Position numbers and translations under genes: made by a program. The notes beneath the pieces were generated by a model. The model searched no databases. It was not told where the DNA came from and was given only the letters and a program-made list of their open reading frames with translations. A stretch of 64,000 bases of DNA from Candidatus Micrarchaeota archaeon (GTDB taxonomy: Archaea; Micrarchaeota; Micrarchaeia; Micrarchaeales; CABMGC01). The stretch is from the NCBI GenBank assembly GCA_021797745.1, contig JAJZZD010000001.1:64468-128467 (forward strand). The letters run 5' to 3'. Below are positions 9,383-18,985 of this stretch, one piece after another. Each line of letters begins with the position of its first letter. The first letter of the stretch is position 1.

Positions 9383-10111
9383 TTAAGTGGCAAATGATTT
9401 GAAAAGAGCAATGCCCTGCTTGATGCCTGCCTTGGAAGTGCCGTATTTCCTTGTGGCGAACGTGTAAGGCACTTCGCTTACTTTTATCTTTCCCTTTTTG
9501 TTGCACTTGAGGAAGTCAAAAAGTACCTTATATCCGTTTTTTACGAACCTTTTTTTATTATTCATGTAAATTTCCGCGAACAGCTTTCTATCGACTCCGA
9601 AGAAGCCTGAAAATATATCGTTGCATGTTGCTTTCCTTCCTACTAAAAGAATTAAATTGCCTACGCATATCAGCGATTTCGAGATTATCTTCCTGTAAAG
9701 CGCCCAGCTGCCCACTTCTTCCCTTACTGCAACTACAAGGTCGCTCCCCTGACTCAGCTTTTTCGCCACATCCCCGATTTTCTCAGGCGGATGCTGCAGA
9801 TCGGCATCCATCACTATTGCATACTTTGTTTTACTTAGCATAATACCGTCTATCACGCTTGCGGTAAGCCCCTTTTCACTCCCTTTCATTTTCCTATCCA
9901 GGAATTTTATCTCATTATGCCTTTTGCCTATTTTATTCACTGTTTTTTTAGTTCCGTCGCGAGAACCGTCATCTGCAACCAGTACTTTCATGCCCTTGTA
10001 ATTCCTGTTTACGTAGCTTATTATCTTCCCTATGGTTTTTTCCTCGTTCAGTGTGGGAAGAACAAGCGTGAATTCGCTAAATCTCAAATCAGCCGCCGAT
10101 TCATTTGTCAT
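9383..10111 (-). CDS. Family-2 glycosyltransferase (dolichyl-phosphate hexose synthase-like)
   Basis: 'VLPTLNEEKTIGKII', 'VADDGSRDGT' and 'MDADLQHPP' are GT2/Dpm1-like motifs. Confidence 0.88.
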   Translation of the reverse strand: MTNESAADLRFSEFTLVLPTLNEEKTIGKIISYVNRNYKGMKVLVADDGSRDGTKKTVNKIGKRHNEIKFLDRKMKGSEKGLTASVIDGIMLSKTKYAIVMDADLQHPPEKIGDVAKKLSQGSDLVVAVREEVGSWALYRKIISKSLICVGNLILLVGRKATCNDIFSGFFGVDRKLFAEIYMNNKKRFVKNGYKVLFDFLKCNKKGKIKVSEVPYTFATRKYGTSKAGIKQGIALFKSFAT

Positions 10112-10112
10112 G

Positions 10113-11708
10113 TCAATCCCTCATGAAAACCTGCGCATATGCCAAAATGTAGCCAATCAAAGCACCAACTGCAGGTATCTTCCTCGCAAGAGCTCTTATC
10201 TGCACGATGTCGCTCCTTTCAACAGCGTGGGCAATTACTGCAATTGGAGGATACAAAATCATCAATGTTGCAACTCCTATTATAAGCTTAAGTGTAGAGC
10301 TCACATTCAACAGCAGGATAGTTGCCATTAACGCGGCCAAGGCTGCATTCGCTGCAAACACCCTGATTATCTTTGCCCATTTTGTCCTTATTCCGAAATT
10401 GTGCAGCTCCCTGAAGTAAAATAAATCGAGCGCTATATTTGATATAAAATAAAGCGCAGCTATGGCACCCAGCGCTCCGAAAGGCGGTATGAGCACGAAC
10501 AGAGCGACCACGCCTATCGCGCCCGTAGCAGCTGAGTACATAAGTATTTTACCGACTTTCCTGATACTCATCATGAAAAATCCTGCATATGTCCCGAATA
10601 TCTGCAGCAGTATGCCTATGCTCATAATGGACATGAAAATGTACGCGTTCGTATAATCAGGAAATACTGTCAATATTATCGCCTGCGAAAACACTGCAAG
10701 AAAAACTATTGCAGGCGTTACAAACAGCAGCCCCGTATAAAGACCGTAGCTGTGGAAATTACTAAACTCATCTTTATTTTTTCTTATCGACAGTACTGTC
10801 GAGAATGCGGGCAGGATGGCAAGCGAAGCAGTCGCTGCCATAGTCGATACAATCGATGTCACTTTGAAAGCGATGTTATAATTGCCGACGACGCTCGCGG
10901 TTGCAAAAATTCCAAGAAGCACGATAGCAAGGTTCGGGGTAACTCCACCGAGCACATCTGATACTGCAATCGGAAGCGAATACGTGAACATATTTTTTAT
11001 TCTTTTTTTCATTCCTTTGAGTCTGAATGATATTTTGCTGTGATATCTTACTAGCAATATGCCTGTCAAAGCGCCGGCAGCACTGCCAAACATCAGGCCG
11101 AAAAGCGCTCCTAGCACTCCGTAGCCAAGCAATACCAAAGTCACTGAAACTGTTGCCTGGCCAAGAGAATACGTTATTCTCGATATTGCTGCTGCCTTTC
11201 CATCTCCCAGGCTCACGAGCGCGTAGCTTGCCGTACCGTAAATTTTCCAAAATACCAGATTCAGAAAAGTAATGTAGAACGCATATACATACAGGTAGTT
11301 TGAACTGTGAAAAATATAATTTGCTATAGTGTTTGAAAGAAGCAGTCCGGCAGCAGCCATGAAAGCAACTATCAAAAACACGGCTAGGAACCCATCTCCG
11401 AACATTTTACTTATTTCCTGTTTTTTGTGATGCCGCAGAAGAGCTGGGATGCGGTTGCCAAAATAAAGTCCCACTCCAAAGGTAGACGATGCAGTAAGAA
11501 TCCCTGCCACACTTATTGCTATTGCGTATATACCGAGATTGGCTGGGCCAAGAAGCCTTGCAACAACTATGAAAGCAATGCCGTAGCTCAGTGTGTCAAA
11601 AACTATTCCGGCAGTGAGGAACGATGCGACATTTGCGGCCTTTGCACCTATGCCCATTAACTCTTCTTGTTCTCCCTCGTTTTCGTTGCTTTCGTATCCC
11701 ATAATCAT
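10113..11708 (-). CDS. MOP-superfamily polysaccharide/oligosaccharide flippase (Wzx-like), copy 2
   Basis: 531 aa, polytopic, with N-terminal 'VVARLLGPANLGIYAIA' typical of polysaccharide biosynthesis (flippase) proteins. Directly abuts its neighbours. Confidence 0.8.
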   Translation of the reverse strand: MIMGYESNENEGEQEELMGIGAKAANVASFLTAGIVFDTLSYGIAFIVVARLLGPANLGIYAIAISVAGILTASSTFGVGLYFGNRIPALLRHHKKQEISKMFGDGFLAVFLIVAFMAAAGLLLSNTIANYIFHSSNYLYVYAFYITFLNLVFWKIYGTASYALVSLGDGKAAAISRITYSLGQATVSVTLVLLGYGVLGALFGLMFGSAAGALTGILLVRYHSKISFRLKGMKKRIKNMFTYSLPIAVSDVLGGVTPNLAIVLLGIFATASVVGNYNIAFKVTSIVSTMAATASLAILPAFSTVLSIRKNKDEFSNFHSYGLYTGLLFVTPAIVFLAVFSQAIILTVFPDYTNAYIFMSIMSIGILLQIFGTYAGFFMMSIRKVGKILMYSAATGAIGVVALFVLIPPFGALGAIAALYFISNIALDLFYFRELHNFGIRTKWAKIIRVFAANAALAALMATILLLNVSSTLKLIIGVATLMILYPPIAVIAHAVERSDIVQIRALARKIPAVGALIGYILAYAQVFMRD

Positions 11709-13313
11709 CTATGCCAATTTATCTGTAAGAAACCTGAAATAGCTTATAATGAATCCTGACATGGTTCTGATGACATTCGACCTCTTTGCTATGCCCTCTA
11801 GTTCATTCAGCTCTGCCACGCCTATTGCCCTTACTGCAGACAGAAATACTGGATACAAAACTAGTGTCGCCGCAATTCCGTAAATTATCTCAATCAGATT
11901 ACTCTTTATCAAATAGCCTGCCGCTAAAACCGCTGCAAGGAAAACTGCGGCAAGCACGACCTTGCATATACCCGCATATGAGAGCCGCATCTGGTATATG
12001 TTCCCTATTCCTATCACTATCACAAGCGTGCTGACTATGCCTCCTATCACGAACACTGAAATTATGGCTCCAATAGCCCCGATTAGCGGGACGAGAACGA
12101 GCATAGAAGCAAGCTGCGCAAATGCCGATATTGCCGTATACTTCATCAGCTTGCGGGTGTGTCCTCCCGCTATTATTATGCTCGCAGCGTACTGGCCTAT
12201 CAGCCCGAGCATTATTCCGAGAGATATTGCGCTTACATAAAGCGGCGCCAGTGCGTAGCTCTTAGTGACGAAAAACGCAACCAGCGGCTTTGAGAAAACA
12301 CCTAGGAAAACTACCAAAGGCAGCATGGCCGCAAGCGAATAAAATATTGTTTTTCTGTATGCCTGCTCTGCACCGTCGTCTTTTTTAGCTGTTTTTCTCG
12401 CTTTTCTCCCTGACATGACTATCGACAAGGCGGGAAGTATTGCAATAGGCACGCTTCCGGCGACTACACTCAGCAGTGTGGAAAAACGCATCGCCACGCC
12501 GTAATTCCCTATCACATATACCGACACGAATATGCCCAGTATGAAAGTAGCAAAATATCCAACACCGTTGTTAAGCGCGTTCGTTACTGCTATCGGCACG
12601 CAGAAGTGCCACGCGCGCTTCAGTTCCTTTAGCGAGAAGCGCATCCTGAATCTTGCATTTCTGCTGGCTATTCTGGCTACCTGCACGTATGCAAATCCAA
12701 ACCCGAACGTGTAACCTATCACTATTCCTGCAATTGCGCCGTTGAATCCTGCCCCGATGAGTATCAGTCCGAAGCTAGCCACAAGCTGTACTGCGTTTTC
12801 CAGCAGGCTCGAAACTATGACAAGTTTGCTCCTGCCGAACCCAACCAGCGCACCCACTGACGTGTTGAACGGCATCGCCACAAGCATAACAAATGATGCA
12901 ATGATGAGCGTGTTCACGTTTATTCCCGTATTCGCATAAATTCCGGCAACGAAAATGCTGGCAATTATGCCTATTGCCGTTAGAATCGCGCTTATCAAGA
13001 TAGTAAGATAATAAGATGATGAAAGCGCAGTATGCAGGCCCTTGTCGTCGCCTTTGTGCACATATACTGCTATCTCCCTGCTAACGTATTTCGTAAGCCC
13101 GAACTGCATCGCTGCGTCTATGAGAAGGTAGTAACTTATTCCTATAGTGTATGCGCCGTATCCCAAAGGCCCTAAGAGCCTTGCTACTATCACTATAGTG
13201 GCTACGCCTATGAGCAAGCCTGAAATATTACCTGCAAGTACTGCTGAAAGCATGCGCGCTGTCTTGGCTCCTAGCTCTCCTTTTTTGATTATTTTTCCCA
13301 TTTTTTCATCCAA
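11709..13313 (-). CDS. MOP-superfamily polysaccharide/oligosaccharide flippase (Wzx-like), copy 1
   Basis: 534 aa, polytopic, with N-terminal 'VIVARLLGPLGYGAYTIG'. Same size and architecture as the adjacent copy. Confidence 0.8.
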   Translation of the reverse strand: MDEKMGKIIKKGELGAKTARMLSAVLAGNISGLLIGVATIVIVARLLGPLGYGAYTIGISYYLLIDAAMQFGLTKYVSREIAVYVHKGDDKGLHTALSSSYYLTILISAILTAIGIIASIFVAGIYANTGINVNTLIIASFVMLVAMPFNTSVGALVGFGRSKLVIVSSLLENAVQLVASFGLILIGAGFNGAIAGIVIGYTFGFGFAYVQVARIASRNARFRMRFSLKELKRAWHFCVPIAVTNALNNGVGYFATFILGIFVSVYVIGNYGVAMRFSTLLSVVAGSVPIAILPALSIVMSGRKARKTAKKDDGAEQAYRKTIFYSLAAMLPLVVFLGVFSKPLVAFFVTKSYALAPLYVSAISLGIMLGLIGQYAASIIIAGGHTRKLMKYTAISAFAQLASMLVLVPLIGAIGAIISVFVIGGIVSTLVIVIGIGNIYQMRLSYAGICKVVLAAVFLAAVLAAGYLIKSNLIEIIYGIAATLVLYPVFLSAVRAIGVAELNELEGIAKRSNVIRTMSGFIISYFRFLTDKLA

Positions 13314-13483
13314 GCCCGCGGCAAATGCTTATACTTTACTGCCTCGCTTTTTTAATGGTTGCCTGCATGCATATTTTAGCATTTACGACCATCCGCTAAG
13401 CGCTTCGCAACGTTTAAATAGTTTGTTTGTAAATTAACAACAAGGGGACTTGAAAAAGTTTCATAGTCAAGAGTATTGAGAGT

Positions 13484-13735
13484 ATGGACTCTGGGAAAGT
13501 GCTCAAGGAAGATGAGCTGTGCGATGTGACTGTTACTGCAAAGAACATTCACGGCGAAGGCATATGCAACATGAACGGCAAAATCATATTCATAAAAAAT
13601 GCAAGGATAAGAATAGGCAACACCTATAAAGTGCGCATAACAAAGGTGCATGACACGTTCGCTTACGCTGAACTTGCCGACACTAACAGCAAGTATTTTA
13701 TAGGTAACGGTAGCTTAATTATCAAGCCTCAGTGA
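13484..13735 (+). CDS. TRAM-domain RNA-binding protein
   Basis: 83 aa. 'HGEGICNMNGKIIFIKNARIRIGNTYKVRITKVHDTFAYAEL' matches the stand-alone archaeal TRAM fold pattern. Confidence 0.75.
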   Translation: MDSGKVLKEDELCDVTVTAKNIHGEGICNMNGKIIFIKNARIRIGNTYKVRITKVHDTFAYAELADTNSKYFIGNGSLIIKPQ

Positions 13736-13883
13736 CATCGGCACAGTTAACAAAAAAGCTACTTTTACGCCTAACATTCAATCAACAAACGTAAGGTTCG
13801 CAAATCAGAACTGGCTCGCGCGCATGGCTATACTGCACAAATTTCCGCGCTGCACATTGCATTCATTTGTTTCAGGTGCGAAG

Positions 13884-14522
13884 ATGGACGACTACAAGAA
13901 ATTTTCCGAGAGCATGATGAAAGGCACTACGACAGTAGCCATAGTTTGCAGTGACGGAGTGGTAATGGGCGCGGATTCCAGGGCAACCATGGATACGTTC
14001 ATAGCAAGCTCCGAAGCGATAAAAATATTCAAAATAGACGACAGCCTTGCGATGACAGTTGCCGGCGCAGTAGGCGATGCGCTGTATCTAGTAAAGCAGC
14101 TCAAGATACAGAACGAACTTTACAAAATGAACGAGGGGAAGGCGCTGTCGCCGCAGGCAGCAAGCTCGCTGCTCTCGATAATATTGCAGGAAACAAAATA
14201 CATGCCGTATCTTGTGCAGCTTATAGTCGGCGGGGTAGGCAATGGAATTCCAGAAGTATATGACATAGACGCTTTCGGTGGCTCGATAAAAGAGCCTACA
14301 TTCACTTCTACCGGCAGCGGCTCGCCAACAGCACTTGGCTATCTTGAAAGCGTGTACCAGCCTAGCATATCCACCCAGGAAGGGCTCAAATATGCGGCAA
14401 GGGCGCTTGCAATGGCAATGAAAAGAGATGCGGCAACAGGGGACCACATGCGAATATTCGCAATAACAAAAAAAGGAACAAAGGAATACTCGAGAGAAGA
14501 CATAGAAAAAATCGCGAAATAG
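13884..14522 (+). CDS. psmB: Proteasome subunit beta
   Basis: 'KG|TTTVAIVCSDGVVMGADSRAT' carries the catalytic Thr after a short propeptide. Start taken at ATG 13884; the tracked ORF begins at 13824. Confidence 0.93.
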   Translation: MDDYKKFSESMMKGTTTVAIVCSDGVVMGADSRATMDTFIASSEAIKIFKIDDSLAMTVAGAVGDALYLVKQLKIQNELYKMNEGKALSPQAASSLLSIILQETKYMPYLVQLIVGGVGNGIPEVYDIDAFGGSIKEPTFTSTGSGSPTALGYLESVYQPSISTQEGLKYAARALAMAMKRDAATGDHMRIFAITKKGTKEYSREDIEKIAK

Positions 14523-14562
14523 AGGGAGCACGCCAGCAGATAAAATGCTGAAAACAGAGACA

Positions 14563-14601
14563 AAATACAGGGAAGAAATACAGGTACAAAATACCGGAAG
14601 A
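14563..14601 (+). repeat. Three tandem 13-nt repeats (AAATACMGG-N4)
   Basis: AAATACAGGGAAG / AAATACAGGTACA / AAATACCGGAAGA start at 14563, 14576 and 14589. A degenerate unit 'AAAACAGAGACA' lies at 14551. Located in the psmB-aCPSF1 intergenic region. Confidence 0.7.
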
Positions 14602-14740
14602 CGAATAAAAGAATGCTTACAGAAGGCGGCAGGCCTAAACACTGCCTAGTAACTAAATCAAAATAAAGCATGGCAACGTGCTGTTATGAAAACATTGCTC
14701 AATACAACTGCTTTTTAGCCACAGCAATTCAAGTGATTTT

Positions 14741-16702
14741 TTGAGTGAAGAATCTGACGAATTAAGAAACGAAAAGGAAAGGAAAAACGTTCTGGAGCTG
14801 ACAAAAGAGCTAATACCTCCGGAAGCGATAGTGACAAAGGTAGAGTTCGAGGGGCCTGACGTTGCTGTATTCGTAAAGAACGTTAAAGCGGTATACAGCG
14901 ACGAGCACATAATACGAAACATATCTGCGAGTGTAAAGAAGAAGCTGATAGTCAGGAGCGATGCGTCATCTCTTGCAGACCCAGAAAGTGCAGCCAAAAA
15001 GATAAGAGAAATAGTGCCGGCAGAAGCAGGGATAAGCGAAGAGGGCATAAGGTTCTCGCCGGAAATGGGCGAAGTATACATAGAAGCGATGAAGCCAGGG
15101 CTTGTCATAGGAAAGCAGGGATCTACGCTAGTCAAGATAGTGTGCGAAACAGGATGGCTTCCGAAGATACTGCGCATACCTACGATGAACAGCGACGTCA
15201 TACGCGCCATAAGGCAGACAATGATAAGCGACGGCGATTTCAGGAAGAAATTCCTTGGAGCTATCGGCAAAAAGATAAGCAAGCCAATAGGAAAAAGCGA
15301 GTGGATAAAGGCAACAGCCCTTGGCGGGTTCAAGGAGGTAGGGAGAAGCAGCCTTTTGCTCGAGACAAATCATTCGAAGTTGCTTGTGGACTGCGGCATA
15401 AGCCCGGAACCTGCAGTGAAAGGACTCGACGCGCTTACAGGTGACGAAAACAAGCTATTTCCTTATCTCGATTCAGCTAACATAACGATAAACGACCTGG
15501 ACGCTGTGGTGCTTACACACGCGCACATGGACCACATAGGATTCGTGCCCTACCTGTTCAAATACGGGTACGAAGGGCCTGTTTACTGCACGCCGCCAAC
15601 GCGCGACCTTGCTGCCTTAGTGCTCTATGATTACATACACCTTGTCGCCACCAGCGGCGGAACGCCAGTATACGATGAAAAGGACGTAAGGAAAATGCTC
15701 TCGCACATAATCACAAGGGACTACGGCGAGGTTACCAACATAACCGACGAAATAAAGCTCACATATCATAATGCAGGACATATACTCGGAAGCGGGATAG
15801 TACATCTGCATATCGGCGAGGGAATGTACAATATAGTGCATACCGGGGATTTCAAGTACGGCTTCACGCGGCTTCTAGACCCTGCAGACACACGGTACCC
15901 GCGCGTAGACGCGCTTTTCATCGAAAGCACATACGGCGGGCCTAGGGACATACCTGCGAGCAGGCAGGACGCCGAAATAGCCCTTATGGAACTGATCAAG
16001 AGAACTGTGGAGCAGGGCGGCAAGGTCCTTATCCCTGTTTTGTCCGTAGGAAGAGGACAGGAGCTGATGCTGATACTCGAATCTTACATGAGCACAAACC
16101 CCAGGTACAAGCTCGACGTGCCAGTATATCTGGACGGCATGATACTGGAAGCAACGGCCATACACACCGCATATCCTGAATACCTTAAGTTCAACCTGCA
16201 GAGACGCGTGCTGAGCAACAACTCTCCTTTCGAGAGCGAGATATTCCAGGTTGCAAAAGGGGAAAGAAACGAGATACTGGACAAAGGGCCCGCGATAATA
16301 CTCGCAAGCGGTGGCATGCTCAACGGCGGCACAAGCATAGAATACTTCAAGAAACTTGCAGAGGACCCTAAGAACGCAATGGTTTTCGTCAATTACACGA
16401 GCGTAAATTCATTGGGTAGGAGAGTACAGAGCGGCACTAAGGAAGTGGCGATGCCTGGAGATAGCGGCAAGCTCGAGCCTGTTAAAGTAAATCTGCAAGT
16501 GCAGACCGTCGACGCATTCAGCGGGCACAGCAACAGAAAGGAATTATTCGCATTCGCAGAGCGCATAAGGCCTCCGCCAAAGAAAATATTTACTATGCAC
16601 GGCGAGGAGTTCAAGTGCGAGGACCTCGCGAGGAGCCTCGGCATGCACCTAAGAATCGAAGGAAGAGCGCCCATGGACTTGGACACGATGAGGTTCAAAT
16701 AA
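14741..16702 (+). CDS. aCPSF1 beta-CASP ribonuclease with N-terminal KH domains
   Basis: 653 aa. A KH region ('GLVIGKQGSTL') is followed by the metallo-beta-lactamase motif 'THAHMDHIG' and a beta-CASP C-terminal part. TTG start. Confidence 0.93.
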   Translation: MSEESDELRNEKERKNVLELTKELIPPEAIVTKVEFEGPDVAVFVKNVKAVYSDEHIIRNISASVKKKLIVRSDASSLADPESAAKKIREIVPAEAGISEEGIRFSPEMGEVYIEAMKPGLVIGKQGSTLVKIVCETGWLPKILRIPTMNSDVIRAIRQTMISDGDFRKKFLGAIGKKISKPIGKSEWIKATALGGFKEVGRSSLLLETNHSKLLVDCGISPEPAVKGLDALTGDENKLFPYLDSANITINDLDAVVLTHAHMDHIGFVPYLFKYGYEGPVYCTPPTRDLAALVLYDYIHLVATSGGTPVYDEKDVRKMLSHIITRDYGEVTNITDEIKLTYHNAGHILGSGIVHLHIGEGMYNIVHTGDFKYGFTRLLDPADTRYPRVDALFIESTYGGPRDIPASRQDAEIALMELIKRTVEQGGKVLIPVLSVGRGQELMLILESYMSTNPRYKLDVPVYLDGMILEATAIHTAYPEYLKFNLQRRVLSNNSPFESEIFQVAKGERNEILDKGPAIILASGGMLNGGTSIEYFKKLAEDPKNAMVFVNYTSVNSLGRRVQSGTKEVAMPGDSGKLEPVKVNLQVQTVDAFSGHSNRKELFAFAERIRPPPKKIFTMHGEEFKCEDLARSLGMHLRIEGRAPMDLDTMRFK

Positions 16703-16799
16703 CACGATTCAGTAGTTATTCCTTGTTTTTCTTGGCTGTCCGCGTACTGGCTATTAACGGCATAAAAGTTATACTGCACACGCTGCAGTTTATAGGCTT

Positions 16800-17141
16800 C
16801 TATTCTCTTACCGGCATGAATACCTTCATCGTGACAGACGACCCCGGAACAAGTTTGTCTGAACGCAAGCAAAAACCTCCAGTTTCACTGCGTACGACAT
16901 TTCCGTACTCACCGGATTTTGATATCACTGTCTGAAAAGTGGCGCATGATTTTTTAGGGCCGCCTGCGGTGTTTTCGCATATCTCCACCACTACTTCTTT
17001 CCTGAGATGGTTTGCCAATACTATTTCATCAACTGCGATATGGCCGCATTTTCCATTAGGAGACGCTTCGACCCGTATGTATGGTCCGTACAGTACTAAT
17101 TCCTTATCTGGTTCCGTGCGTTTTTTTCCAAAACCAAACAT
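16800..17141 (-). CDS. Hypothetical small protein downstream of the VWA gene
   Basis: Start taken at the internal Met ('MFGFGKKR'), 4 nt after the VWA stop. 113 aa with four Cys. No motif recognised. Confidence 0.45.
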   Translation of the reverse strand: MFGFGKKRTEPDKELVLYGPYIRVEASPNGKCGHIAVDEIVLANHLRKEVVVEICENTAGGPKKSCATFQTVISKSGEYGNVVRSETGGFCLRSDKLVPGSSVTMKVFMPVRE

Positions 17142-17145
17142 TTGC

Positions 17146-18807
17146 TCACGCATACGTTTTCTGCCTTCTCTTTCCTGTCGGAGCATCCGCGTCTGTCGAT
17201 TCATAGGGCTTGTCTCTGAGCATGCTGCTTAGCGACATGTTTTTAGGAGTCTGTTTCTTCTTGTCCTTGTCGTCGTTCTTCACGACTTCTTTTATGAGTT
17301 CAAGCGCATTTTTGTCGTTAGGTTTTACTTTCATGTATTCTGTCGATATTCGTTTTAAAAGCTCATTGTCCTTCTCGCCTATCATTATCGTTATTAACTT
17401 TATTTTGTTGTCTTTCAGCTTTTGAAGAGTGCCGTCGTTTATCAATGCCGACACGTTGTCTTCACCATCGGTTATCAGCACTATCGTATTCGACGCACTT
17501 TTAAGCTTGTTGTCATTTATTATCGCTTCGCACTCCAATCTCACCGCTTTTGCGATCTCGGTTCCGCCGCTGGATTCTACCCTTTTGAGCTTATCTTTGA
17601 TATCGTCTTGCTTGTCCAGGACCTCGCTGGTTTCAGTGTTGAAAAATCTCATGTCAAATTTCCTTCCGTGCTTTATGGCATTTTCCTGAAGCGCAAGCGC
17701 CACGCTTCTTGCCCATATTGTTTTTTGCTCTTCGTCCATGCTGCTTGACCTGTCCATTAAGATGTGGAAATTTCCCTTGAAAGAAGTAAACTTCTCGAAC
17801 GTTGTCCATCCTTCGAACGCCTTTGCGAAAAGCATTTCCTCTGGCATTGCCAATTCCCTGAGAAATGCCTTTGCTATGTTTTTAGTCTTGGTAAGCCCAG
17901 AAATCCTGTCGCCGTTCGGCATCTTTACTTTCCCGCTTGAAAATTCAGGCATTGCCTTTACTATTTTCTTCGTGAGCGCCTCTATTTTCTTCACGTCCTC
18001 TGAATCTACCTTTTTCGTATCGTAGTTTTTCGTTTCAGCGTCTGTCGCGGATGCCCCTTTTCCTGCACCGCTTCCCTGTCCCTGTTTCTGCTGACCCTGA
18101 CCCTGCTGACCCTGCCCTTGCTGGCCTTGGCCTTGTTGCCCCTGCTGCTGAAGTTGCTGCCTCAGCTTCTCCTGCTCCTCTTTTTTCATATCTTCTACTT
18201 CCTTGTCAAGCTCTGATTTTCCCTTAGAAAGTATCTCCTTTAGCTTCTGTGCAAGCTTCTCGCCCTCTCCGCTCTGCTCCATCTCTTTAAGCAGCTCTTC
18301 AAGCTGCCTTTTTGAATACTCGTCGCCTTCCATTGCTTCTTTTACCAGCTCGCTGACGCTTTTTTCATTCTGCCCATAGCCATGCTGACCTTGCTGTTTC
18401 TGCTGCTCCTCAAGTGACTTCTGCATGTCCCTGAGAAGCTCCCTCATTATCGCTGCAGTATACTCTGTAGATTTTTCCTCGTTAAGCATCGTCTCTTTTC
18501 TAAGCTCCTGGACACCTGGATTCTGGACCATCTGCACTAAAACGCTTCGCATAGATTCGAGAAATTCATTGCTGTTTTTATCTGCAGTTTGCGGGTTAAT
18601 TGAATAAAGCAAGTAATAGAAATCAGCAGCTGCTATCGGAGCTTCCTTCACAGCCTGGAAAAGCGCCTTCATTTCTCCGCTCAGGTATCTTGTGAGCCTG
18701 CTATCTTCTGATTTGTAAATTTCATTCTCATTTTTGATGTTCTTCAGGTTGTTTTGAAGCGGCTTCTCCTTCTCTTCCTCGTCGTTGGGGTCTGCCATCT
18801 TTGCCAT
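17146..18807 (-). CDS. VWA (MIDAS) domain protein with a long coiled-coil N-terminal region and a Q/G repeat (ViaA-like)
   Basis: The C-terminal VWA domain shows 'ILMDRSSSMD' (DxSxS MIDAS), 'SSGGTEI' and 'LITDGEDN'. The N-terminal ~300 aa is charged coiled coil containing 'QQGQQGQGQQGQGQQGQGQQKQGQG'. Confidence 0.85.
   Translation of the reverse strand: MAKMADPNDEEEKEKPLQNNLKNIKNENEIYKSEDSRLTRYLSGEMKALFQAVKEAPIAAADFYYLLYSINPQTADKNSNEFLESMRSVLVQMVQNPGVQELRKETMLNEEKSTEYTAAIMRELLRDMQKSLEEQQKQQGQHGYGQNEKSVSELVKEAMEGDEYSKRQLEELLKEMEQSGEGEKLAQKLKEILSKGKSELDKEVEDMKKEEQEKLRQQLQQQGQQGQGQQGQGQQGQGQQKQGQGSGAGKGASATDAETKNYDTKKVDSEDVKKIEALTKKIVKAMPEFSSGKVKMPNGDRISGLTKTKNIAKAFLRELAMPEEMLFAKAFEGWTTFEKFTSFKGNFHILMDRSSSMDEEQKTIWARSVALALQENAIKHGRKFDMRFFNTETSEVLDKQDDIKDKLKRVESSGGTEIAKAVRLECEAIINDNKLKSASNTIVLITDGEDNVSALINDGTLQKLKDNKIKLITIMIGEKDNELLKRISTEYMKVKPNDKNALELIKEVVKNDDKDKKKQTPKNMSLSSMLRDKPYESTDADAPTGKRRQKTYA
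18058..18168 (-). repeat. Imperfect hexanucleotide (CTGNCC-like) repeat encoding the Q/G tract
   Basis: The plus strand reads ccctgtccctgtttctgctgaccctgaccctgctgaccctgcccttgctggccttggccttgttgcccctgctgctg. Confidence 0.8.
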
Positions 18808-18833
18808 CTAAGGTCTATAAACACTTGCCTTCA

Positions 18834-18846
18834 AGATATTTAATTC
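18834..18846. promoter_or_regulatory. Quasi-symmetric TATA-like element in the divergent VWA/ATPase intergenic region
   Basis: 'AGATATTTAATTC' lies about 33 nt from the VWA ATG (18807, minus strand) and upstream of the ATPase ORF on the plus strand. Confidence 0.35.
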
Positions 18847-18985
18847 TGTGCAGACAACATATGTATTGACGTAGCTATTTTTGCTTCGCAGCCAATGTTT
18901 TGCTAAGATCGCACTGCAGTCAAATAAAATGCAAAAAAAGATACTAATTAAAGTTTATTCTTCTAAGACAATTATCAAGGAATCA

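Noticed and set aside
14653-15333. 226-aa minus-strand ORF overlapping the aCPSF1 5' region
   Set aside because: It is antisense to a strongly supported CDS, and its S/F/L/I-rich composition has no recognisable domain.
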